A DNA stretch of 64,000 nucleotides from an uncultured Actinomycetota bacterium (lineage in GTDB: Bacteria; Actinomycetota; Geothermincolia; Geothermincolales; RBG-13-55-18), in assembly GCA_964462595.1 (NCBI GenBank), contig CAYWXM010000032.1, positions 22,465-86,464 of the forward strand, in the 5' to 3' direction. Positions 28,701 to 37,649 of the stretch are shown here, piece after piece. Both the position numbers and the translations under genes were made by a program. Under the pieces are notes generated by a model. That model was not told the DNA's origin. It saw only the letters and a list, made by a program, of their open reading frames with translations, and did not search any database. Numbering within the stretch: position 1 is the stretch's first letter; every line of letters begins with the position of its first letter.

Positions 28701-29678
28701 ATCATCCAGCCCACGCCCGCTCACCACGGCCACGGTGCATTGGGACGCCAGGTCCCGGAGCGTACCGCGCGTTTTTTCGCGCAGCAAAGCGTCCTCGGGA
28801 CGGGATACTATGGGGGTAAGCGTGCCGTCGTAGTCCAGGAATACCGCCACCCGTCTACCCCTGATCCTGTCCTCGATCTCACCGAAGTTCTCGAGCGCGT
28901 TTCTGAGGTCCCGTATGCGTACCTCCACGTCGATCTCCGCCAGGTCCTTCACCACCAGGTCCGCCCCTCCCTGCAGCAGGGCTTCCTCCTGGTCCTGCCG
29001 GTCAACCCCGATGACCAGACTAAAACCGCCGGCTCGTCCCGCGCTCACGCCGGATATGGCGTCCTCGAGCACGACGCATCTTGAAGGATCCACCTCCAGG
29101 CGCCGTGCTGCCTCGAGGAACATGTCGGGATCGGGCTTTCCTTTCAGGTCCAGGCTCTCTATGTCCACGCCATCCACCTGGGCATCAAAAAGGTCCGCTA
29201 TGCGGGCAGCCTCCAGCACGTCAGTGCAATTCTTGCTGGAAGAGGCGATAGCGATGCGGTATCCACGGTTGCGAAGGTTCTTGATGAGTTCCACGGACGA
29301 TCTGAACGTCTCCACGCCGCGCGATTTCATCCTTTCGATGAACAGCCGGTCTTTGCGGTTGCCCAGGCCGCATACGCTCTCGGTCTCGGGCGAATCGTCA
29401 GGGGTTCCGTACGGTATATCTATGCTCCTGGCGTCGAGAAAGCTCTTCACCCCCGCATAGCGGGGCTTGCCATCGACGTATTTGCGATAGTCGCCCTCTA
29501 TGTCGAAAGGCTCGAACGCGCCACCGCCGGCTTTATTTTCCAGGTAATTGTCGAACATCTCTTTCCACGCCGCCGCGTGCAGCTTCGCCGTTTGCGTAAC
29601 CACGCCGTCCAGGTCGAAGATGAGCCCGTCATAATCGGCTCGGGAAATTATTACCGCGTATGTGTTTCCTTTTTTCAT
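25704..29678 (-). CDS. Trifunctional fusion: HAD-IA beta-phosphoglucomutase-like, trehalose-6-phosphate phosphatase (OtsB-like), and GH65 glycoside-hydrolase-family phosphorylase (1324 aa)
   Basis: HAD motif LIFDLDGVVT. Trehalose-phosphatase motif VAVFLDYDGTLTPIV. GH65 catalytic region in the C-terminal 750 aa. Confidence 0.85.
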   Translation of the reverse strand: MKKGNTYAVIISRADYDGLIFDLDGVVTQTAKLHAAAWKEMFDNYLENKAGGGAFEPFDIEGDYRKYVDGKPRYAGVKSFLDARSIDIPYGTPDDSPETESVCGLGNRKDRLFIERMKSRGVETFRSSVELIKNLRNRGYRIAIASSSKNCTDVLEAARIADLFDAQVDGVDIESLDLKGKPDPDMFLEAARRLEVDPSRCVVLEDAISGVSAGRAGGFSLVIGVDRQDQEEALLQGGADLVVKDLAEIDVEVRIRDLRNALENFGEIEDRIRGRRVAVFLDYDGTLTPIVSRPEDALLREKTRGTLRDLASQCTVAVVSGRGLDDVRALVNVGEIYYSGSHGFEMAGPDGFRKENEGAERFLNELDRAQAYLERHLAGIPGAQVERKKFTIAIHYRNVSEGQVGEVDEVVGLAHRRYPGFRRAEGKKVYELQPDIDWHKGRAVEWFMHELDIAEPGFVPFYVGDDITDEDAFETLKGRGITVVVGEGPRCTKAQYRLETPDEVELFIARLTSVLEEENTWWLEHDGYDSEEEGLREALCTLGNGYFATRGAAPESLADGVHYPGTYLAGGYNRLKTEIAGRMIENEDLVNLPNWLRLDVRVAGGEWFDLQSAEVLSYRQELHMKTGVMHRRVKWRDAEGRETRMNSRRIVSMDNMHLAAMEVMIEPLNWSGTLELRSALDGRVTNSGVKRYLNLNGNHLEPVETKLIGEDTVLLKVRTSQSRIGVAQAVRTGAFRDGEPLPVKRSLVEEPGYIAQHILLDASLGSQVVVEKTMALYNSRDSAISNCVQAAEKAIAAADRFQGLLRSHAVAWDHLWHKFEVDLRLFSLPEQHYVQRILRLYRFHMLQTACTHSMDIDVGMPSRGWHGEAYRGHIFWDELIIFPFLNYRTPQITRSLLMYRYRRLGEARKAARRLGYKGAMFPWQSGSDGREETQQVHLNPVSGNWLPDNSQLQRHINAAIVYNIWQYYQVTGDLEFLSWYGAEMILEIARFWASIAEYNAGLDRYEIKGVMGPDEYHDAYPGSQSPGLDNNSYTNIMVVFVMNRALDLLDILPPEYLDELCEKLEIQDTEIDRWREISRKMRVVFHSDGIISQFEGYDKLEEFDWEGYRRKYGNIQRLDRILEAEGDMPNRYKASKQADVLMLFYLFSAEELGGLFGQLGYDFDPEIIPRNIDYYLARTSNGSSLSWIIHSWVAARRDRGQSWELFNIALLTDFADVQGGTTPEGIHLGAMAGCVDMLGRGYTGLECRGDVLRFNPAFPEDMDGLSMLVRYRGQWLDLDISKESFKVHVLSGGAWMIKIEVGGELLKLREGETAEVIFQDRPNP

Positions 29679-29998
29679 GTTCCCTCTTGTCTATATTTCC
29701 TTTTCTCAAACCCTGACCGGCCCGCCAGTAGCATCGTACATACCCGCCCTGGAGCGATGCGGCACTAATTCCCTTACCCGGGCAAACTATTTCCCCGGCC
29801 TGTTGCCTTGATGCTTAAAACCATTCTACCGGACATCACGAACTCACTCCATTTTTCGCCGCCGGACCGTATAAAGCCTTCGAACCTGGCGGGCACATGC
29901 GCGTTCCAGGCGGCGTGCGGGCTCCGCGTCCCGGTCCCTGCGATTTAAGATAGAATGGTGAAAGGATCTGTCGGCAGTAACGGAGAGGGGGGATAGCC

Positions 29999-31717
29999 AT
30001 GCTGGACGTTCTCATCAAGCGCGGAAAGGTGGTCGACGGCACTGGAGCTGCGGCGAGGAAGGCGGACGTAGCGGTTAAGGACGGCAGGATCGCCGAGGTG
30101 GGCGACCTGCCTGAGGCCGAGGCGGAGAGAGTCATAGACGCCACGGGGAAGGTGGTCTCGCCGGGGTTTATCGACATCCACTCCCATAACGATATGTACG
30201 TGATCCGCGACGATTACGTGCAGCTCTTCGAGCCCTTCGTGAGGCAGGGCATCACCACCAGCGTGGTCTCCAACTGCGGGTGGTCGGTTGCCCCATGGCT
30301 GCCCGACAACTCCGAGCTGTTTCATTCCACCCTGCATTCCATGGGCGTTTCCGCGGACTTCAAGCCGCAGTGGGGAACGGTGAAGGAGTTCAACCAGTGG
30401 ATTCTCAGCCGCGGGCTTCCCATCAACTTCGTGCCCCTGTCGGCGCACGGCCCCTTGCGCATCGCGGTCATGGGCGACAACGCACGCTTCAGCACGGCGG
30501 AAGAGCTGGAGAAGATGAGGGCGCTGCTGCGCAAGGACATGGAGGACGGCTGCAGGGGCCTTTCCACCGGCCTCACCTACTTCCCGGGCATGTACGCACA
30601 CACCGACGAGCTGGTGGAGTTGGCCAAGGTTTTGCCCGAGTACGGCGGGCGCTACGTCTCCCACATACGCAGCCTCACCGGAACCTTCGCCAGAGCCGTG
30701 GAGGAGGCGGTGGAGATCGCGCGGCGCGGCGGCACCTCCCTGCAGGTGAGCCACTTCATGGCCATCCCGGACTTCGGCCGTATGGGAGACGCCGTCTACG
30801 AGCTGGTGGGAGTTTTCGAGAAGATAAACCGCTTCATCCCCATGCCGGGCATCCCTAACGCGCAGTTGAAGAAGGGCTACGAGGTGGTGGACCGCGCCCT
30901 GGAGGAGGGGTTGGACGTGGGCATGGACTTTATCCCCTACGTCATGGGCAACACCACCGTCACCCAGCTCTTCCCTCCCTGGGCGCTTATAGGCGGGACG
31001 GATGCCCTGCTGCGCCGCCTCGCCGACCCCGGCGAAAGAGCGAAGATACGCCACGACGTGGAGACGGTCAGGGACAGGTGGCCGCAGTGGGAGCCCGGCT
31101 CCTGGGCTACCAACTATATAGAGTGCCTGAGTTACAAGATGCTGTCCATCCTCTCCATAGGCAGCGACAAGAACAGTTACATGGAGGGGAAGCGGGTGGT
31201 CGACCTGGCCAAAGCCGCAGGCAAGGACGAGTTCGACTTCCTGGCCGACCTGGCTATCGAGGAGGAGGGGTCGGTAGGATTCCTCATGGGCATGCCTCCG
31301 AAACCATGGTCGGAGAAGGTATTCCTGCACGGCCAGGACCATCCCCAGCTCTCGGTGGGGGCGGACGTCCTCTTCCCCGAGAAAGGGCCGGCCCCCCAGA
31401 CGGCATACGGCACCTTCCCGCGCATCTTCGAGCATTACGTTAAGGATCTGGGCTACTACACGCTGGAAAACGCCGTGCATCGCTGCACCGGCCTGGCGGC
31501 CTCGCGTTACGGCCTGGAAGGTCGCGGGGTCCTGAAGGAGGGCGCGGCCGCGGACATCACGGTCTTCGATTTCGAGACCATCAAGGACAACTCCACCTAC
31601 GAGGACCCGCAGCAGTATCCCTCGGGCATCGACTACGTGCTCGTGAACGGGAAGGTGGTGCTGGAGACGGGCAGGTTCGACGCCGGCACGCTGGCAGGGG
31701 ACGTGCTGTCGCGATAG
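29999..31717 (+). CDS. N-acyl-D-amino-acid deacylase (D-aminoacylase) family amidohydrolase
   Basis: MLDVLIKRGKVVDGTG...GFIDIHSHND N-terminal metal-binding motif typical of the family. Confidence 0.85.
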   Translation: MLDVLIKRGKVVDGTGAAARKADVAVKDGRIAEVGDLPEAEAERVIDATGKVVSPGFIDIHSHNDMYVIRDDYVQLFEPFVRQGITTSVVSNCGWSVAPWLPDNSELFHSTLHSMGVSADFKPQWGTVKEFNQWILSRGLPINFVPLSAHGPLRIAVMGDNARFSTAEELEKMRALLRKDMEDGCRGLSTGLTYFPGMYAHTDELVELAKVLPEYGGRYVSHIRSLTGTFARAVEEAVEIARRGGTSLQVSHFMAIPDFGRMGDAVYELVGVFEKINRFIPMPGIPNAQLKKGYEVVDRALEEGLDVGMDFIPYVMGNTTVTQLFPPWALIGGTDALLRRLADPGERAKIRHDVETVRDRWPQWEPGSWATNYIECLSYKMLSILSIGSDKNSYMEGKRVVDLAKAAGKDEFDFLADLAIEEEGSVGFLMGMPPKPWSEKVFLHGQDHPQLSVGADVLFPEKGPAPQTAYGTFPRIFEHYVKDLGYYTLENAVHRCTGLAASRYGLEGRGVLKEGAAADITVFDFETIKDNSTYEDPQQYPSGIDYVLVNGKVVLETGRFDAGTLAGDVLSR

Positions 31718-31805
31718 GCAGTCCGGACAGTGAGCAGCCCCCCCGGGGTCGCGATCAACCCGGGTGGGCGGGCAGCTTGATCGGGCCGGCCCGCATAGCG
31801 GCGCT

Positions 31806-32300
31806 TTAAGGCTTGGATTCCAGGATCATCCTGCCCGCTATGCGTACCGCGAAACCCGCGGGTACGCGGCACTTACTGGAAGCCTCGGCGTTCGCGAACT
31901 CCTCCATCTGCACGGGGTCGGTGAGGTCGTAGTAACGCCCGAAAATGCGCTCCTGGACGCCGGCGCACATGCAGCTCCCGAATTCCTCCTCGAAAAGGCG
32001 GCAGAAACGGTGGGCCGCCTTCAGTGTGCGCAGGAAGGCGTCGTAATCATCAGGCTCGTAGCGGCCGAAGGCCAGCCCGAGCGCCATTACCGAGCCTATC
32101 ACCGCGCCGCAGGTCTCCCCCCTCAGGGCCACGCCCGGCATGGCGGTCGCCGCCTTGAGCACCTCGGCGTTGCCGAGTCCGAATTCTTCCTGCAGGGCAC
32201 GCAGCGTCCCCTGCGCGCAGCTCCCGTAGGCCTCGAGATAATCCCCCGCCTGCTTTTCCAGATGTTCCAGTATCTTCTCCGGGGACGGCTTCAGCCCCAT
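31806..32300 (-). CDS. C_GCAxxG_C_C family protein
   Basis: AYGSCAQGT...CGAVIG...CMCAG cysteine pattern. Start at MGLKPSPEKI. Confidence 0.7.
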   Translation of the reverse strand: MGLKPSPEKILEHLEKQAGDYLEAYGSCAQGTLRALQEEFGLGNAEVLKAATAMPGVALRGETCGAVIGSVMALGLAFGRYEPDDYDAFLRTLKAAHRFCRLFEEEFGSCMCAGVQERIFGRYYDLTDPVQMEEFANAEASSKCRVPAGFAVRIAGRMILESKP

Positions 32301-32302
32301 GG

Positions 32303-32821
32303 TCACTCCCCAAGCTCGATGCGGAAACGGCACACGCTGTCGCCCTTGGTGAGCAGCTTCGAGAACCCCTCCGTCTTGAACCGGGGGTTCAGTTCCTCCA
32401 GCATGCCGATCAGGGAGGCCTTGAGCATGACCTCGCACAGGTCCGGCTCCCGCGACCAGATGCGCGCCACCGGGCACGTCTTGAGCTCTTTTTCGAAGGC
32501 CTGCGGCGTGTTTTCGGCATAACCATCCCAGAAATTGGCAAACGTGTCGTCGATCCTGTCGTGTATCTTGGGCAGCCCCATGCAGTCCTCGAATTCCTCA
32601 GGCTTGGCTCCGGTGAGTTTCATCCACATGGCGGCGCCCTTCTTGCCGTCGCGGTAGTACTCCTCCTCGAGCCTGTCCACGAAGGCTTCGCCGCCGACCT
32701 CTTTTCCGACGCGGTAGAGCATGACCACCTGCCGCGCCAGCGCCTCCGTCCAGTTGCGGTAGCGCTTGCCCATCTCCTCCTCACTGACCGGGTATTTCTC
32801 GTATTCGGGCACTTCTGACAT
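32303..32821 (-). CDS. Hypothetical protein (translationally coupled to the downstream C_GCAxxG_C_C gene)
   Basis: Start at MSEVPEYEKY with GAAGGAAGG RBS. The stop abuts the next start. Confidence 0.55.
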   Translation of the reverse strand: MSEVPEYEKYPVSEEEMGKRYRNWTEALARQVVMLYRVGKEVGGEAFVDRLEEEYYRDGKKGAAMWMKLTGAKPEEFEDCMGLPKIHDRIDDTFANFWDGYAENTPQAFEKELKTCPVARIWSREPDLCEVMLKASLIGMLEELNPRFKTEGFSKLLTKGDSVCRFRIELGE

Positions 32822-32916
32822 CTCGATCACCTTCCTTCTCATCCGGGCCATCCGCCACTCTCCGAGGTCAAAGCCAGCTGGCTGGCCTTGCCTTATCATT
32901 CCCTATTTTAAATCTC

Positions 32917-34032
32917 TTACTCCGGCTGGGAGATCCTTTCCTTCAAGCGCAGGATCCTGGTAACGCGCCCCTCGATTTCGTCCTCCCCGATATCGCCTCC
33001 GCGCACCGCCTCCAGTACCGCGGTGTAGGCTGCCTGGACATCCCCCGCCTCGTGCCCCGAGATCAGCAACACGTCCACGCCGGCTTCGGCGGCGCGTACG
33101 ACCGTGATTCCCAGGCCGTAAGCCTCTTTCAGGACCTTGGTCGCCAGGTCATCGCTGACCACCAGGTAGTCTCCGCTCACCTTTTCCCTCAGCAGGTCGA
33201 TGCCCGCGGGGGAGAGTGTAAACGGCAGGTCCAGGTCCAGGTCGGAGTAGATGACGTTGGCGGTCATGACGAACTCCGGGCTCGCCGCCGCCGCCGCCTG
33301 GAACTGCGAGAACTCGGGCAGGCCCGGCACCACGGCGAGCTTTTCGTTCTCGGGGTCATAGGCGATCCCGCCGTAACCCGGGAAGTGCTTGGCGGTGGAG
33401 AAAACGCCTCCGTCGTGCTGGCCGGAGATTGCGCTCCTTCCCAGTTCGCCCACCTCCTGCACGCTTCCAGGGAAGGTGCGGCCGTAGCGGGTGAGAAAAT
33501 CCCCCTGCACGCCCATGTCCAGGACCGGGGCCAGGTTGAGGTTGATGCCCAATCCTTTGAGGCCTTGTGCGCGCGCAAAGCCCTGTTCGTATGCCTGGGC
33601 GGGATCCGTGATACTCGACTGGGAGATGCTGTCGTCAAGCCAGCTTATACGCACGATCTCCCCACCCTCCTGGTCTATGGCGACGAAGAGCGGCAGGCCC
33701 GTATCGGCGGTGGACAATTCCTCGAGGCCCGTTATCAGCTGCTCGAGCTGTTCCTCGGCCTCGATGTTCCTTCCAAAGAGGATCACGCCCCCGGGATGGA
33801 CGGAGTCGAAGAGCTGTTCGATCTCCGGGGTAACGGCCGTGCCCTCGAAACCGATCAGGAAAAGCTGGCCGACTTTCTGCTCTATGGTGAGGTTATCCTG
33901 GGGGCCGTTGGCGCCATTACCATTGCCGCCATCGCCGTCCTGCACGGCGCCGGCGCAGCCCGCGGCCGCCAGGCCCAAGGCCAGGAGAAGGACGATCGAG
34001 ACAGCCAGCTTAGTCCTGGACCGTTCCTTCAC
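32917..34032 (-). CDS. Glycoside hydrolase family 3 beta-N-acetylhexosaminidase-like lipoprotein
   Basis: GTG start with GAAGGAGG RBS. Lipobox LAAAGCAG. GH3 N-terminal domain motifs. Confidence 0.8.
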   Translation of the reverse strand: MKERSRTKLAVSIVLLLALGLAAAGCAGAVQDGDGGNGNGANGPQDNLTIEQKVGQLFLIGFEGTAVTPEIEQLFDSVHPGGVILFGRNIEAEEQLEQLITGLEELSTADTGLPLFVAIDQEGGEIVRISWLDDSISQSSITDPAQAYEQGFARAQGLKGLGINLNLAPVLDMGVQGDFLTRYGRTFPGSVQEVGELGRSAISGQHDGGVFSTAKHFPGYGGIAYDPENEKLAVVPGLPEFSQFQAAAAASPEFVMTANVIYSDLDLDLPFTLSPAGIDLLREKVSGDYLVVSDDLATKVLKEAYGLGITVVRAAEAGVDVLLISGHEAGDVQAAYTAVLEAVRGGDIGEDEIEGRVTRILRLKERISQPE

Positions 34033-34256
34033 ACTCAGCCTCCTTCGCTGTTCTCGCGGAGTATTTCTTGCGGAGCGTTATTAATTAGTAATTATATCTC
34101 GTTGTCTCGTCCCGTCCGAGGACTCCCGGCTCGGAGCGGCAGGTGAGGCGGGCAGCGAGAACGGGCTTACGCGGTGAGGGATGGTCGTCTGAGGTAAAGC
34201 ATAGGGCTGGCTTGCAGGCCGGCACGTTACCGGGACTCGCCCCCTTGCTTTTTTCA

Positions 34257-34913
34257 TCAGCTGAAGGAGGGGTTCTGCCAGAACATGTGATAGACCTTCA
34301 CCTGGCCCAGGTCCTCGATGCGCAGGGTATCGTAGCCGAGGCTTTCGTAGAAGGCCCGGTTCTTCTCGCTCCCGGTATTCAGGTACATGCCCGAGATCCC
34401 GGGGTTCTCCTCGACCAGGGACTGGGCTTTGCACATGAGTGCTTTCCCCGCGCCCCGCCCCTGGTGATCGGGGTGGACTCCCAGCGCCTCGAAGGTGAAG
34501 TAGGGCTCGATCAGCCCCTTGGGATGTTTCGCCGCCACCATGATGTGCAGGGAGCGCACGGGGCGACGCGCAAAAAGAAGCAGGATCTGGAGCAGGTCAG
34601 GCAATATCAGGGCCACCGAGCGCCGCTTGGAGATGCGGATGCGAGGGTCGCGCACAATGCCCGCGCCTATTACGTGGCCGTCTTCCACCGCCGCATAGAG
34701 AGGGCGGCCCGCCTCCATGTAAAGCTGAATAAATATGTCGTCGAAGATCGCCATACGGCGTATGGAACCGGGGTGCTTCATGTCCAGGTGATAGGCGGTG
34801 GTCTCCTCCGTCTTGAAGGCCTCCACCAACGCGACGGTCGCTTCCTCCTTGATCTCGGGCACAATAGCGACGACCTCTATCCCGGTTTTTTCAGCATCGT
34901 TGCCTTCAACCAT
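34257..34913 (-). CDS. GNAT family N-acetyltransferase
   Basis: HQGRGAGKALM acetyl-CoA binding motif. Confidence 0.8.
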   Translation of the reverse strand: MVEGNDAEKTGIEVVAIVPEIKEEATVALVEAFKTEETTAYHLDMKHPGSIRRMAIFDDIFIQLYMEAGRPLYAAVEDGHVIGAGIVRDPRIRISKRRSVALILPDLLQILLLFARRPVRSLHIMVAAKHPKGLIEPYFTFEALGVHPDHQGRGAGKALMCKAQSLVEENPGISGMYLNTGSEKNRAFYESLGYDTLRIEDLGQVKVYHMFWQNPSFS

Positions 34914-35239
34914 CGCCCCCCCTTTTTTTCAGTTTCCCTACGGCATCACATTTTACCATCATTGAGCCATGCTCTTATGTTTACGCGGCAAACCGCCTTC
35001 CCCTGCGCAAGCGCGCAAATGCGCGGGCGCCTGTCCGCGCGTTGCCATCGGGCGGATAAAGGCCGGACCGCGCGTTCGCCACGCGAAGCCCCGGGCCCCT
35101 TGTCGTTGAGCGTTAGCCGGCATGAGCCGGGTCATTTTTAGACCGGCATGGATGTGGGATGCTGTTATTGATAGGACTCATGGGTGTTGGGAGACGAGCC
35201 ATCGGTGTTTCTCGAAGTAGTGCATAAGCCGTCCTATCC

Positions 35240-36067
35240 CTATGACGCATGATGAGCATGCGCTACCTTGCCGTAAAACATCGAGATGGTGAAGAAGGCG
35301 TAGTAGCCTGGCACGTCCAGGATGAAGTCCTGCGAATCCGGCTCGCATAGGCGCTTATATTCCGCCCAGTCCTCGTCCGATACCTCGGGCTGCCGCTCGC
35401 CCCACAGCATCGGGAAGAGCGAGATAAGGGCCGTGCGTATGTCGTCGTCGAGGGGAGCGTAGGCGTCGCCTACGAAGGTCTGAGCCGTGCATTCCTTAAG
35501 ACCGGCCGCGCGAAACCAGCCCAGGGCGCGCAGGAAATTTGCTTCCGGTCTTGCCTCTCTTACGAAGGGCGCGTAAGACGAGCAGGTGGCGTTCAACCGC
35601 GCCTCCAGCAGCATATAGCCGGGGAGCATCTGCTGCGATGACCAAGCGAGGACGGCGACGGTGCCGCCCGGCACCACCACACGCTCCATCTCCTCCAGAA
35701 GGGGCAGGATATCGCCGGCTGGATACCCGGCACAATCCACGCTCCAGGTCCAGTCGAAAGAGTCATCGTCAAAGGGAAGGCGGGCGATATCGCCTTCCTG
35801 AAACGAGATGCGCTCGGACATGCCCGCTTGCGCCACGATCTTTTTCGCATGTTGCAGGAGCCCGGGAGATATATCGAGGCCGGTGACGTGCCCCGCGGGA
35901 CCCACCGCCTCCGCCAGCAACATGGCTTGCTGGCCGATGCCGCAACCGGCATCCAACCCCCGGCTTCCCCGCGGGAGCTGCAGCGCGCTTATGGCCTCGC
36001 GCAGGATCGGCTCCCTTATGGGGTTCATCTCCTCCAGGGCTCGTATGTAAGCTGCGGCATCGCGCAT
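35240..36067 (-). CDS. Class I SAM-dependent methyltransferase
   Basis: LDAGCGIGQQ motif I. Confidence 0.8.
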   Translation of the reverse strand: MRDAAAYIRALEEMNPIREPILREAISALQLPRGSRGLDAGCGIGQQAMLLAEAVGPAGHVTGLDISPGLLQHAKKIVAQAGMSERISFQEGDIARLPFDDDSFDWTWSVDCAGYPAGDILPLLEEMERVVVPGGTVAVLAWSSQQMLPGYMLLEARLNATCSSYAPFVREARPEANFLRALGWFRAAGLKECTAQTFVGDAYAPLDDDIRTALISLFPMLWGERQPEVSDEDWAEYKRLCEPDSQDFILDVPGYYAFFTISMFYGKVAHAHHAS

Positions 36068-36255
36068 TTCCCATCCCCTTTTGCAGACAGATCACTGCGG
36101 CCGGTCAGCCGGCTGAGGAGCCGCCGCCGCCGAAGCCTCCACCCGAGGAACCGCCCCCGAAGCCGCCGCCCCCGCTGAAGCTGCCGTGGAAACCGGATGA
36201 ACTGGACAAAGCGGGGGAATACCGGCCAGAAGCCGGGGCTGACCCCTCGGCCTCG

Positions 36256-37500
36256 CTAGTCCAGCAGGTTCTCCACGAAGTCGCGGATGCGCGTCTCCAC
36301 CTGGGTGCGGTCGTACCAGCGCGAGTCGGTGTGGTCGGCCTCGATGATCAGGGTCGGCTTGCTGGTGCGCTTGGTAAACTCCCTGGCGAGGTCGTACTGG
36401 CCCAGCGAGTAGGGCTTGCAGCTGCGGTTGGAGTGCATGACCATGCCGTCCACCGCGTAGCGCGTGGCCAGGCTCTCTATCTTGTCGGCCATCCTCTCCA
36501 GGTTGATGTTCAGATAGACCTCGGCGTATATCCTGGCCATGCTCTCAAGGGGCTTCTCCGCGTCCACGCCCTCGAAGGTCCAGGCGCTGGTGTAGGTGTC
36601 CGCCACCAGGCAGGTTTCCAGCTCCATGAATAAAGCACCCAGGTGGCGCATCTCGTACCACACCGGGATGTTGTCCCAGAGCAGGCGGTGCTTTTCGGAG
36701 GGCAGGATGCCGATGCCCTCCTCTATGCGCTGCTTCATCTCGTCCAGCAGCAACTGGTAGAAATCCACCACCTCCTGCGTGCCGCGCAGTGTGACGATGG
36801 GGGCCATGAGGATAAAAGCGTCAAAGCAGGTCATGGGCGCGGGCCGGTGCTCGCCGCAGGCGAGCACGTCCTTCCACAGGGCGGAGGCGAAAAGCGACTT
36901 GGCTGCCACCTCCATGAAGTGCTTCTCGTCGTAAGGTTTCCCGGTGATCTCTTCCAGGAAGCTCATGAATTCCTCCATCTGCCGCAGGGAATAATCGGCG
37001 GTGTGCTGGGGGAGTTCGCCCCGCACGAAGGGCGTGTCGTAGATGAACAGGGGCACGTCGAAGAAACGCGCCAGCTCCTCGTACCACTTGAAGACGGTAT
37101 CGCAGATATTGTTGCAGCAGACCAGGAAGGTGGGACGGGGCAGGCCGCCGATGGGCCCTCCCTTGGTGATGGCGCTGCCGATGTCGCCGCGCGCGTAGGA
37201 GCAGAGGTCGCGGGAGAAGCCGCGACCCTCGGCCACCTCGCACAGCTCCACGTTCATGTGCGCCGCGCCGCACATGGCGCCGTGGTTCTCGGGGTAGACG
37301 GGGATAACGTCGAAGGCGATGAGAGGCTCCACGGGACCGCCGCTGGTTATCCAGGCGATATGCCTGTCCGTGCCCTCCGCCGCCTTGGCCTCCATGTAGT
37401 ACTTGGTCATGAGGTCGCGCATGGCGGCGCCGGTCTTGATCTTGCGCCGTTCCTTGTCCGCCTGCTTGGCATCTTTTGCACCGCTGCCGTTGCCGTTCAT
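36256..37500 (-). CDS. 2-hydroxyacyl-CoA dehydratase family subunit (HgdB/BcrB-like)
   Basis: HGD-D family conserved cysteines. GGAGGGTGAG RBS. Confidence 0.75.
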   Translation of the reverse strand: MNGNGSGAKDAKQADKERRKIKTGAAMRDLMTKYYMEAKAAEGTDRHIAWITSGGPVEPLIAFDVIPVYPENHGAMCGAAHMNVELCEVAEGRGFSRDLCSYARGDIGSAITKGGPIGGLPRPTFLVCCNNICDTVFKWYEELARFFDVPLFIYDTPFVRGELPQHTADYSLRQMEEFMSFLEEITGKPYDEKHFMEVAAKSLFASALWKDVLACGEHRPAPMTCFDAFILMAPIVTLRGTQEVVDFYQLLLDEMKQRIEEGIGILPSEKHRLLWDNIPVWYEMRHLGALFMELETCLVADTYTSAWTFEGVDAEKPLESMARIYAEVYLNINLERMADKIESLATRYAVDGMVMHSNRSCKPYSLGQYDLAREFTKRTSKPTLIIEADHTDSRWYDRTQVETRIRDFVENLLD

Positions 37501-37523
37501 CTCACCCTCCTTAATTCAAGGGG

Positions 37524-37549
37524 TCAGGTCTTGTTTTTTGCATACTCCG
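37524..37549 (+). repeat. Copy of dispersed 26-bp repeat GGGGTCAGGTCTTGTTTTTTGCATAC
   Basis: Exact reverse-complement copy at 53529-53554. Related copy at 53436-53468. Confidence 0.8.
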
Positions 37550-37649
37550 GTATGTTCGCCGTTAATACCCATATGCTCGCTTACAAGCAGGGACTTTACC
37601 CAAGTTACCATATAATGGCATACAAGCATCAAAACATGGCCCCCTTGCC

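Noticed and set aside
36068-36255. Glycine-rich reading frame (…SGFHGSFSGGGGFGGGSSGGGFGGGGSSAG) on the minus strand between the methyltransferase and HGD genes
   Set aside because: It has no start codon. The frame runs into the 3' end of the upstream gene. It arises from a GC-rich (ggcggc)n-like tract.
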